Shown here piece by piece: positions 16,719 through 24,613 of a stretch of 64,000 nucleotides of DNA. This DNA comes from Candidatus Woesearchaeota archaeon. Its GTDB lineage: Archaea > Nanobdellota > Nanobdellia > Woesearchaeales > ARS49. The position numbers were made by a program, and so were the translations under genes. Below the pieces are notes generated by a model. That model worked only from the letters and a program-made list of their open reading frames with translations, did no database searches and was not told where the DNA came from. Positions within the stretch are counted from its first letter, which is position 1, and every line of letters starts with the position of its first letter. The stretch spans positions 32,541 to 96,540 of the forward strand of contig JASMHM010000001.1 in assembly GCA_030750765.1 (NCBI GenBank), in the 5' to 3' direction.

Positions 16719-17366
16719 ATGTGGTTGTTGAAGACTAAAATGTCAGGAAGTGCCTTCCCTCTTGCAGCGGTTGCCATGAAATTCCAGATTGACTTCACCG
16801 GCTATCCGCTCTCTTTCTATAACGACGGGAAAAAGATAGCAGTACTAGTCGCCGGCTTTATGATCGGCCCTGACAAGACAAAAGATGCAGCTATCAAGTT
16901 CCTCAAGCACAGGAAAGACATGGTCAACATGGAACGACACGGAGACTTTGTGATGGCCCTGGCCCACCAACCAGGAGAGCTTCGCCACATCTACGATCCA
17001 AGAATCATCCGAATAAGCCCATCACTGCTTTCCAAAGATGGCTACGTCATCTGGGACATGGCGGCATGGGACAAACAAGCCCTGCTCAAAGTGTACAATT
17101 ACGCAAAAAAGCACCACGATGCAAAACTACTACACCTAAAACAAGGAAAGATAACCAACATCCAAGTTGCAGGCATCCATCCACAGATTACTGAAAAACA
17201 AAAGCAAGCCTTAGTGTTAGCCATTGACCACGGCTACTACGACTATCCCAAAAAGATAGGGTTAGTGGCACTTGCAAGGAAAATGAAGCTTTCTTACTCT
17301 ACCTTCCAGGCACATCTTAAGAAAGCAGAAGGAAAACTGTTAATTAATACTTACAAAACTTTGTAG
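16719..17366 (+). CDS. HTH_10 (Bat-type) DNA-binding regulator
   Basis: The C-terminal ITEKQKQALVLAIDHGYYDYPKKIGLVALARKMKLSYSTFQAHLKKAEGKLL matches the bacterio-opsin-activator HTH_10 pattern. Confidence 0.7.
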   Translation: MWLLKTKMSGSAFPLAAVAMKFQIDFTGYPLSFYNDGKKIAVLVAGFMIGPDKTKDAAIKFLKHRKDMVNMERHGDFVMALAHQPGELRHIYDPRIIRISPSLLSKDGYVIWDMAAWDKQALLKVYNYAKKHHDAKLLHLKQGKITNIQVAGIHPQITEKQKQALVLAIDHGYYDYPKKIGLVALARKMKLSYSTFQAHLKKAEGKLLINTYKTL

Positions 17367-17381
17367 ACACGACAATTGTCG
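17365..17381 (+). promoter_or_regulatory. Operator-like motif copy 2, containing the perfect 12-bp palindrome cgacaattgtcg
   Basis: agacacgacaattgtcg lies immediately upstream of the TATA aagtatatat (17388..17397) of the symporter gene. Confidence 0.45.
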
Positions 17382-17418
17382 CCACTAAGTATATATGGGT
17401 GTGCAACCTTCTAATCGC

Positions 17419-18762
17419 ATGGTAAGCCTTACCGGCATCGACATAGCATTTATCATTGTCTACCTTGTCGCAGTCATTGCTATAGCCAGCTGGCGATCCA
17501 AGAACGCCCAAGATGAAGATTTTCTTATTGCAAACAGAAAGATGGGGGTGCTTGGCGCTCTCTCTTCCATCAACGCCACTAAAACAGGAAGCATCCTGCT
17601 GATCTACGTGGCGTTGTTGTACTTATACGGATTTAGCGCCATCTGGTATTTCTTGGGCGTTGCAGCAGGGTATTTGATCTTTATTCCGTTTGGTATGAAG
17701 CTGCACCGCAACCATGCCGGCTCTCACTACACCATGGCAGAGTATTTCTTCCATGGCTACGGAAAAAGTGCAGGGTACTGCACCAGTCTCTTGAATATTT
17801 TCTTGGTTGTCGCCTTCTTAGTCTTGAATCTTATCGCAAGTTCCAAAGTAGTGTCCTTTTTCACAGGCATAAGCTTTGAGCTCTCCACCGTCATCGTTCT
17901 AGGAGTTGTGCTCGCTTACTTGCTTATTGGAGGTTTCAAAGCTGTTGTGACAACAGACATCCTACAATACTTTGCCATCATATTCGTGTTGGTTGTGTTT
18001 GCAATATTCCTGTTAGGCAACACCACCATCCCTGCGGCTGACTGGAACCTTACCAAAGCAGGCATCGCCAACGTCGTTGGGTTCTTTCTACTAGGAATCT
18101 TACTACCCTTTGCAGACCCTTCCTTGTGGCAAAGAGTGTACGCATCAAAGACAGAAAAAACTCTAAAACAAGGCATCTTCTATTCTGTGATCATCTATGT
18201 AATTTTTGCCTTCGTACTTTCATTAATAGGGTTAGCAATCAAAGCGAGCCTTCCTGCCATTGATCCAGATATAGCTCTAGTACAAGGCTTTGCAACGTTG
18301 TTACCTGCAGGGTTGATGGGACTTTCCATTGTGGTGTTCTTTGCAGCGTTCATGTCAAGCATTGACACCTACGTGTTTACCGCTGCAAGTTCGTTTGTAC
18401 ATGACTTTTTCAAAAACGATAGCAAACGTCAAGCAGTAAAAAGAATCCAGATAGCTGCCATCGGCATCACCATCATTGGTGGGTTAGTAGCCATCCTCAT
18501 CAAGGATTTAGTACTAGGAGCATACATCTTCGCCAGCTTTGGCGTCTTGATGGCCATCCCGATACTGCTTACGTGGATGCGACCTTCTGTGAAGGGGGTT
18601 ACGATTAGCGTAGGCATCGTGCTAAGCACCGTTCTTTTGTGCGTGCTAACAGCATACTACGCCCTAGGACCTGGCTTTGAAGCAACCATCGTGCTAAAAG
18701 CGATCGGCATTAGCTTAGTAAGCTTGGTTATCGGTGGCGTTGCTAGCACAGTTACTCGGTAG
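17419..18762 (+). CDS. Sodium:solute symporter family (SSF) transporter
   Basis: About 13 TM spans. The N-terminus IIVYLVAVIAIASWRSKNAQDEDFLIANRKMG is typical of SSF. I chose the start at ATG 17419, 26 nt from the TATA centre; the track start 17395 lies inside the TATA box. Confidence 0.85.
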   Translation: MVSLTGIDIAFIIVYLVAVIAIASWRSKNAQDEDFLIANRKMGVLGALSSINATKTGSILLIYVALLYLYGFSAIWYFLGVAAGYLIFIPFGMKLHRNHAGSHYTMAEYFFHGYGKSAGYCTSLLNIFLVVAFLVLNLIASSKVVSFFTGISFELSTVIVLGVVLAYLLIGGFKAVVTTDILQYFAIIFVLVVFAIFLLGNTTIPAADWNLTKAGIANVVGFFLLGILLPFADPSLWQRVYASKTEKTLKQGIFYSVIIYVIFAFVLSLIGLAIKASLPAIDPDIALVQGFATLLPAGLMGLSIVVFFAAFMSSIDTYVFTAASSFVHDFFKNDSKRQAVKRIQIAAIGITIIGGLVAILIKDLVLGAYIFASFGVLMAIPILLTWMRPSVKGVTISVGIVLSTVLLCVLTAYYALGPGFEATIVLKAIGISLVSLVIGGVASTVTR

Positions 18763-19615
18763 GCACAGGTCCGCTTCGCCGATCACCGTACACCAATTGC
18801 ATTTGGGACTCTCTTTTGCCTTCTTCCACTTGAAATAGTCTGATCCCTTTCTCGGATTCTTTAAGTTTAACAAGTAACGAGCCACCCACGGTTACGGGGA
18901 CTGGGTCGCCTATAGGTTTAGAATACTCATCTGGTACTTCATCAGGCATGTCTGCCCAATATTCCTTCACATAGGCGCCATAGTCTTCCTCAGAAAAATG
19001 TAGCGAACACCCGTCAGGTCTAAAACCCCAACCCCTCTCTGACTCTATCCAGCTCACAGATATTGCTTGCTTGTAGTTGTACTCCCTATACACTCCGATA
19101 GTTGACTCTATCCTTTCAGCAAGATCCGTGTTGAGACGTTTGGCCACGTCTTGATAGTAGGTGTCCCAGACGTGCAGCATGTTTTTTGTTGCCTTTTCCT
19201 TCTTTGCAGGGTCCACAATCTCTCCCAAGGTTTCTGAGTTGTGCAAAACATCACACATCTTGACTATTTGCACCTTGAAGTCCGCGTCCATGACTATTCT
19301 GTTGGCGTACTTGTCATTGCTCTCGTTGGGCTTTCTTTGGGTGAGACAGTCCACGTACCACTCTACGTTCATTCCAAATCGCTCTTTGATATCTGCTAAT
19401 GTTGCATCGGTATCCTCCACAACATCATGCAGCCATGCTGCAGCGAGCACGTCGCTATCATCCACACCATACTGTTCAGCGTATTCTGCTACTGTCGCCG
19501 GATGGACAACATATGGCGTCGTATCATCTTTTCGCGTCTGTCCACGATGGCATAGTTCTGCGTACACTTTTGCGTTGGCTTCCACGATCATTCCTTCTAG
19601 GTCTTCGGGCGTCAT
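18752..19615 (-). CDS. HD-domain phosphohydrolase of the RelA/SpoT (p)ppGpp-hydrolase type, with an uncharacterised C-terminal domain of about 140 aa
   Basis: HRGQTRKDDTTPYVVHPATVA...AAAWLHDVVEDTDATLADIKERFG matches the SpoT/Mesh1 HD signature. I chose the start at ATG 19615; the track start 19627 is a TTG. Confidence 0.7.
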   Translation of the reverse strand: MTPEDLEGMIVEANAKVYAELCHRGQTRKDDTTPYVVHPATVAEYAEQYGVDDSDVLAAAWLHDVVEDTDATLADIKERFGMNVEWYVDCLTQRKPNESNDKYANRIVMDADFKVQIVKMCDVLHNSETLGEIVDPAKKEKATKNMLHVWDTYYQDVAKRLNTDLAERIESTIGVYREYNYKQAISVSWIESERGWGFRPDGCSLHFSEEDYGAYVKEYWADMPDEVPDEYSKPIGDPVPVTVGGSLLVKLKESEKGIRLFQVEEGKRESQMQLVYGDRRSGPVPTE

Positions 19616-19692
19616 AACCAAAAGCAATCAAGACAGCAGCAAGAATCTAGGTTGCAAACAAAGCAGGTGTTGTACAACAGCATACAACAAGG

Positions 19693-19701
19693 CTTTTATA
19701 T
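19693..19701 (+). promoter_or_regulatory. TATA box for the AbrB-PhoU gene
   Basis: aaggcttttatatc, 25 nt upstream of ATG 19722. Confidence 0.5.
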
Positions 19702-19721
19702 CACGCATCGCTCAACAGAGT

Positions 19722-20525
19722 ATGGAAAAGAAACTCACCGCGCTAGGACCTTCCAACAGGAAGAGCTACAACATCACGTTACCTATCGATTGGGTGCGTG
19801 AGCGAGGCATGGATAAAACCAAAAGAGCAGATTTGAGCATCGTTGGCGACACCATCGTTGTGAGACCGTTCAAAAAAGAGCCCAAGAGGAAAGTTATAGA
19901 CGTAAGGGAGCTTAAGATCGCCCATGATCGTGCGATATCCATGCTGTACAAACAAGGCGTTGACGAGATAAGGGTAGTTCATGCCTCCCCTAAAGCAATT
20001 AACAATCTTGCCGAGTTTATCGAGAAGAGATGCATCGGTTTTGAAATGTTTGATCAAACCAAAGACAGCTGCCTTATCAAGGATGTCGCCCAGCCAGCAG
20101 AGGACTTCCACGTGTTGCTCAGACGAATGTTCCTCATCAACTCACAACTAGGCCGAGAAAAGGACCCTCAGAGCATCGACAACCTAGACAAGAGCATGAA
20201 CAAGTTAGCCGCGTTCTGTCATAGACTGCTGGTAAAACAAGGCCATCATGAGTACGATAAGGTTCTCAAGTACGCACAATTATGCGCAGAGCTAGAGCAC
20301 CTAGGGGATGAGATAATGCGCTCTAAGAAGGAAAAGTCCAAGATTGGCAACGCGTGCATGGACATGTTTGACGATGCGTACAAGCTGTACTACAAGTTTA
20401 CTCCTGTACAGTATGATAAGGTGCAAGAGAAGATGCGAGACCTAACCGCCAAACACCACCACGCAACAAGCATGCTAAAGAGGATCAACAGCATCTTAGG
20501 AATGGTCTACGCCTTACGAGCTTAG
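19722..20525 (+). CDS. AbrB/SpoVT-PhoU fusion (archaeal phosphate-uptake-regulator-like)
   Basis: I chose the internal start MEKKLTALGPSNRKSYNITLPIDWVRERGMDK...IVVRPF (AbrB swapped-hairpin pattern), followed by a helical PhoU-like C-terminal part. The 5-prime 187 codons of track ORF 19161.. overlap the HD gene on the other strand. Confidence 0.7.
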   Translation: MEKKLTALGPSNRKSYNITLPIDWVRERGMDKTKRADLSIVGDTIVVRPFKKEPKRKVIDVRELKIAHDRAISMLYKQGVDEIRVVHASPKAINNLAEFIEKRCIGFEMFDQTKDSCLIKDVAQPAEDFHVLLRRMFLINSQLGREKDPQSIDNLDKSMNKLAAFCHRLLVKQGHHEYDKVLKYAQLCAELEHLGDEIMRSKKEKSKIGNACMDMFDDAYKLYYKFTPVQYDKVQEKMRDLTAKHHHATSMLKRINSILGMVYALRA

Positions 20526-20653
20526 AACTGGCTCTCTTTTGCAAATATCGACATAAAAACCTACGCCTTCGCTATTTTCCAGAGTTCGTTGAAAACGTTT
20601 GTTGCCGTGATGGACACGCCGTTCATCTACCTGTCGTACCGGCTCATAAAGCA

Positions 20654-20899
20654 CTAATTAGCAAGGATCTCTTCCTCTACCCTGCTGGCGATGTGGTTGA
20701 TCCCATACCAGACATCGCTACCCTCGAACTTGTATAATGGTTGGACGATGGACCCACCCATGGCAGTCACGATTCTTATCTTAACAACTTTTGTATCATG
20801 CATGCGTTCAAAGGATCTCAAGGTAGTCTCGTTATCCTTGTTCATCCTATAGACCTGTTGGGCTTGTTCGTACGTGAGTGACATACGACCATAATACAT
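20654..20899 (-). CDS. Hypothetical small protein
   Basis: 81-aa ORF, last of three co-oriented small genes. Confidence 0.5.
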   Translation of the reverse strand: MYYGRMSLTYEQAQQVYRMNKDNETTLRSFERMHDTKVVKIRIVTAMGGSIVQPLYKFEGSDVWYGINHIASRVEEEILAN

Positions 20900-20913
20900 G
20901 CAGAAGTTAAAAA

Positions 20914-21150
20914 CTAGTTGGATTTGGAGAGCCTATCTAGTATTCTCACCAAATCATCTCGCGTTCTGGTTAAGGGACTGCAAGGAAAAACGTATCCATT
21001 AACCCAGGTCCCTCTCACGCGAATAAGACGGTAGCTAGGAAGCGCAGTATGCACAGCCACGCAATACCGTTCTATGACAGGAAGATCCTTCGATAATAAC
21101 GCGTCACTTTGTTCTTTTTTTATTTTCAGCATCTTTTCATACCATTTCAT
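20914..21150 (-). CDS. Hypothetical small protein
   Basis: 78-aa ORF. Its start overlaps the upstream stop. Confidence 0.5.
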   Translation of the reverse strand: MKWYEKMLKIKKEQSDALLSKDLPVIERYCVAVHTALPSYRLIRVRGTWVNGYVFPCSPLTRTRDDLVRILDRLSKSN

Positions 21151-21440
21151 CAGTTGTACTCCGCGCTGCCAGCAAATGTGTCAAAGAAACTGCGCGTGTC
21201 AAGTTCGAGTGCGACTATGGAATAGCCTCCAAAATTGTCAGAAAAAAAGTACAGATTTTCTTCATCCTCAGGATCATCCGTACAATCGGTTTTCACGAGG
21301 TCTTGTTTTTTGAGCCAGGCGTACACCTCTACCACGGCTTTGTCAAGACCTGCTTGTTCTTCTACCTGCACAAAGCGTTCTGCCTCTAGTTCAGGTTCCC
21401 AAGCTTCGCACATGTGGAGCAGCCAGTCTTCAAAACTCAT
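21150..21440 (-). CDS. Hypothetical acidic small protein
   Basis: ATG 21440 (MSFEDWLL) lies 26 nt from the TATA centre. The track start 21443 is a GTG one codon upstream. Confidence 0.55.
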   Translation of the reverse strand: MSFEDWLLHMCEAWEPELEAERFVQVEEQAGLDKAVVEVYAWLKKQDLVKTDCTDDPEDEENLYFFSDNFGGYSIVALELDTRSFFDTFAGSAEYN

Positions 21441-21460
21441 CACTTATGTACGACCACAGC

Positions 21461-21470
21461 ATTTTTAAAT
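21461..21470. promoter_or_regulatory. Single quasi-palindromic TATA box shared by divergent genes
   Basis: The centre of gcatttttaaatgc is about 26 nt from ATG 21440 (minus strand) and about 26 nt from ATG 21492 (plus strand). Confidence 0.45.
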
Positions 21471-21491
21471 GCGTTCCGTTTTTCGCATGTA

Positions 21492-21581
21492 ATGAAGGCG
21501 GAAATCGATCAAGTACTCATGCTCGTGGTCATTTTGGTCTGTTTTATCGCATTATTAGCCTTATTAGCGCTCACCAATTAG
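21492..21581 (+). CDS. Possible 29-aa membrane peptide
   Basis: MKAEIDQVLMLVVILVCFIALLALLALTN. It falls below the track cutoff; correct TATA spacing is the only support. Confidence 0.3.
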   Translation: MKAEIDQVLMLVVILVCFIALLALLALTN

Positions 21582-21629
21582 AGGGTGGGGCATACACAAC
21601 TTCTTAAACTGTTCACTAGTGACTCGTGC

Positions 21630-21755
21630 ATGCCAAAGTGTATGAAGTGCAACAAGAACATAAGGTCTTATTCTGTCATGCGCAAATGGTGCGTAGAATG
21701 TAGAAAATCCGTAGCCGTAGAGCAAGCTAGAGAAAGAAGAGCTAAAAAAAGATAA
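21630..21755 (+). CDS. Possible 41-aa zinc-ribbon peptide
   Basis: MPKCMKCNKNIRSYSVMRKWCVECRKSVAVEQARERRAKKR has CxxC...CxxC and a basic tail. A TATA-like cttcttaaactg lies about 25 nt upstream. Confidence 0.35.
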   Translation: MPKCMKCNKNIRSYSVMRKWCVECRKSVAVEQARERRAKKR

Positions 21756-21758
21756 AGT

Positions 21759-22193
21759 TTACTGTTGCAGGTACTGCGGTTCCTGTTTCGGTTGTTCTTT
21801 CTGCGATTGAGGAAGTACAGTTATCCTCCCTTCACGCATGTACAACATGCCCGTTAGACAGTTGTTACCCATCCAGGTAGCTGGTCGGAAGTTTGCTTCT
21901 GCAATCCAAACACCGTTCTCGGTAAGATAGGCGTCTGCGAACTCAAAGAAATCTGCCCTCTTGGCGCTGTGGATTCCTTTTATGTGTACAACTCTGTCCT
22001 CGCGTTCTGTCTTGAACTGCACTCGCTTTTTGTCCATCCCGAACAACGTTACCTTGCCTGCAGGGAAAAGTTGCTTTTCCTCAACATTAACCAATCCTTC
22101 GATCGGCCCTATAGTTATGCGTTTTAGTGGCGCATATGTCTTTTGCATTTCCATATCCTTCAAATACACCCTCGCCACTAAAAGAGAACCCAT
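21759..22193 (-). CDS. Hypothetical protein
   Basis: 144-aa ORF, no motif. Confidence 0.55.
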   Translation of the reverse strand: MGSLLVARVYLKDMEMQKTYAPLKRITIGPIEGLVNVEEKQLFPAGKVTLFGMDKKRVQFKTEREDRVVHIKGIHSAKRADFFEFADAYLTENGVWIAEANFRPATWMGNNCLTGMLYMREGRITVLPQSQKEQPKQEPQYLQQ

Positions 22194-22238
22194 ATGTTAC
22201 CAATGGGTGGTAACGTGCAAGCAAGTACCCCTACACCC

Positions 22239-22247
22239 CTTTATAAC
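22239..22247 (+). promoter_or_regulatory. TATA box
   Basis: cccctttataac, 26 nt upstream of ATG 22269. Confidence 0.5.
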
Positions 22248-22268
22248 TCCAGCGTCTCAGAATAATCT

Positions 22269-23552
22269 ATGAAAATAGCAGTCAAGAGTTATGGTTGCAG
22301 CGAGAACCACGCCGAAGGAGAGATCATGAGCGGCGTCCTAGCCACCAAAGAAGAGGTTGTTGACCCAAAAGAAGCAGACGTAGTAGTCCTAAACATTTGC
22401 ACAGTAAAGGGGAACCAAACAGCACTAACCGAGGTCAGAAAGACCAAAGAAAGATACCCTGACAAGAAGCTAGTCATCACCGGCTGCGTACCAGATGATA
22501 TTGTAGCACCCATAAGAGAAATGGCACCCGAAGCAGTTTTCTTAGGCACCCACCACATCCAAGACATCCACAAAGCCGTAACAAGTGAAAAACCCTACCA
22601 GCAACTCAGCATAGAAAAAAAGGTAAAGTTAAACGAACCCCGCATACGAAAGAACCCGTTAGTAGGCATCATACCCATCTCACAAGGATGCTTAGATGCC
22701 TGTGCCTTCTGCAGCACAAGACTCATGAAAGGGATACTCTACTCATACCCAGAAGAAAACATCCTGGAAGAGGTCAAACAAGCAGTGGCAGACGGCTGCA
22801 AAGAAATATGGCTCACCGGACAAGACACCGCCTGCTGGGGCTTTGACAGAAAAAGCAATCTCGCAAAACTCCTCACAAAAATATGCTTAGTAGAAGGAGA
22901 CTTCAAAATTCGCGTAGGCATGGGCAATCCAAGACACGTACCACGCTACCAAGAAGAGCTCCTACAAGCGTACGAGCATGACAAAGTCTACAAGTTCATC
23001 CACCTACCCTTGCAAAGCGGCAATGATGAAGTGCTGAAAAGAATGAAACGAGGCCACAACGTACAAACAGTAGTTGATCTTGCTAAAGCCTTCAGAAAAA
23101 GGTTTCCCAAAATGACGATAAGCACAGACGTCATTGTTGGCTTTCCAGAAGAGACCGAAGCAGAATTCAATGACACCATAGAAAAACTGAAAGAACTACA
23201 GTTCGACACGGTCAACATAGCAAGATACGCACCAAGACAAGGAACCAAAGCGTACGATATGGAGGACATGTCTGGGAATGATAAAAAAGATCGCAGCAGA
23301 CAAGCAACCCTCGTACAAAAAGAGGTTGCTGCAACATTCAACCAGCAATGGATAGGCTGGGAAGGGGAGGCGTTGGTGGACAAAAAAGGAGCATACGGAG
23401 GCGTGGTGGCAAGAAACTTTTCCTACAAGCCCATCGTGATAAAGAAAGATCTACCCCTAGGCAAAACCGTAAACGTAAAGATAACTAGCGTCACACATCA
23501 ATCGCTTTATGGTGTCGTGTCAGTCACGTCCGATCGCAATCATTCGCTCTAG
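22269..23552 (+). CDS. Radical-SAM methylthiotransferase, archaeal MiaB-like/MtaB (CDKAL1) type
   Basis: N-terminal UPF0004 domain (KSYGCSENHAEGE), radical-SAM cluster ISQGCLDACAFCS, C-terminal TRAM-like segment. Confidence 0.9.
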   Translation: MKIAVKSYGCSENHAEGEIMSGVLATKEEVVDPKEADVVVLNICTVKGNQTALTEVRKTKERYPDKKLVITGCVPDDIVAPIREMAPEAVFLGTHHIQDIHKAVTSEKPYQQLSIEKKVKLNEPRIRKNPLVGIIPISQGCLDACAFCSTRLMKGILYSYPEENILEEVKQAVADGCKEIWLTGQDTACWGFDRKSNLAKLLTKICLVEGDFKIRVGMGNPRHVPRYQEELLQAYEHDKVYKFIHLPLQSGNDEVLKRMKRGHNVQTVVDLAKAFRKRFPKMTISTDVIVGFPEETEAEFNDTIEKLKELQFDTVNIARYAPRQGTKAYDMEDMSGNDKKDRSRQATLVQKEVAATFNQQWIGWEGEALVDKKGAYGGVVARNFSYKPIVIKKDLPLGKTVNVKITSVTHQSLYGVVSVTSDRNHSL

Positions 23553-24020
23553 CGCAGTCATTGCTTTGAGGCGAACATCCTCAACCACCTCAATCTCATG
23601 AGTGCCCTGTTCTAGCGACCTTCGTACCTTACCTAGCGTGATTGCTTTCATGTACGGACACACACAGCTCTCGTCGCAACTCTTATGATTGTAGACCTGG
23701 TAGAATTCTTTGTCAGGGAACGTTCTCTCCAAGAGTTGTACCAACCCTAACTCGGTCCCAATAATGAATTCCTTTTCAGGCGAATTCCCCACATACTCAA
23801 CCATTCCTGACGTGCTCAGCACGGTGTCTGCTAGCTCAGTAACTTCTGGGTTGCATTCTGGATGGACCACCACTAAAGCAGCAGGATGTTCGGCCATTAC
23901 ATACTCAACCATATCTCCAGTTACAGCCTTGTGCACAGGACAGTAGCCCTCCCAAGGGATGAGTTCTTTGTTTGTTTTGTCAGCAAAACTATAGTACAAG
24001 TTCTTGTCTGGAGCGCGCAC
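23520..24020 (-). CDS. nadA: Quinolinate synthase NadA, C-terminal half only (5-prime-truncated, probably a non-functional remnant)
   Basis: PDKNLYY...IPWEGYCPVHKAV...VVVHPECNPEV..LADTVLSTSGM...FIIGTELGL...CPYMKAITL...ALERM is collinear with the last ~160 residues of NadA (normally about 300 aa). It has a GTG start and an in-frame TGA 8 codons upstream. Confidence 0.6.
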   Translation of the reverse strand: MRAPDKNLYYSFADKTNKELIPWEGYCPVHKAVTGDMVEYVMAEHPAALVVVHPECNPEVTELADTVLSTSGMVEYVGNSPEKEFIIGTELGLVQLLERTFPDKEFYQVYNHKSCDESCVCPYMKAITLGKVRRSLEQGTHEIEVVEDVRLKAMTALERMIAIGRD

Positions 24021-24052
24021 ACCTTGTGGCCGTAGACAAGAATAAGCTCATC

Positions 24053-24613
24053 ATGTTAGAAGGGCCTCGCCAGGTTCTAGGCAAGGGAGAGAGTGTCAAC
24101 ATCATGCATCCTTCTCTGAAGATCAAAGGTAACCTTACAGATTTAGACAAACAGTATGTTGAGGCAGCACAAAAAGTAGGACTCAACCAATACATGCTCT
24201 CCTTTGTGGAAGGGCCTGAAGATGGAGCCGCACTCAGAAAATATCATGCAGATGCAGTCATCGCTGAGAAGATCGAGTCAGTCAAGGGGGGAAAGTACGT
24301 CAGCGAACAGTATGATAGCACCAATCGATTGATGTTTGCGCGTGGCGACTACTTTGTCGAAGTCAACCGACCCCACCATATCTTGATGGCAGGGGAGGAC
24401 ATCATCCAGAAAGATCCGCAAGCGATTGCTGCGTCCCGCATACTAGGTTCGTTGGCATACGGAGCAGAACCTAGCTGCCAGGACATAACCGACGTTGCCT
24501 ATCTTTGGAACATTGGCTACCGAACATTCATGTTGGGAGACGAGATCTGTCAGCAAAGAGATTCCGTTATCGGAGCGTTGAACTTGTTAGAAGCTATCGT
24601 GAAGACTCGTTAG
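24053..24613 (+). CDS. Pyruvate-kinase-like TIM-barrel fragment (middle of the A domain only; possible pseudogene)
   Basis: AEKIES..., MFARGDYFVEV, AASRILGSL and EPSCQDITDVAYLWNIGYRTFMLGDE parallel PK motifs AKIEN, MVARGDLGVEI, ATQMLESM and [26 protein letters not shown]. The N-terminal barrel strands, B domain and C domain are absent. Confidence 0.5.
   Translation: MLEGPRQVLGKGESVNIMHPSLKIKGNLTDLDKQYVEAAQKVGLNQYMLSFVEGPEDGAALRKYHADAVIAEKIESVKGGKYVSEQYDSTNRLMFARGDYFVEVNRPHHILMAGEDIIQKDPQAIAASRILGSLAYGAEPSCQDITDVAYLWNIGYRTFMLGDEICQQRDSVIGALNLLEAIVKTR

Noticed and set aside
19161-19721. The 5-prime 187 codons of the 454-aa track ORF 19161..20525
   Set aside because: This part is entirely antisense to the HD-domain gene and is low-complexity. 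A TATA box lies 25 nt upstream of the internal ATG 19722, where the AbrB-like domain begins.
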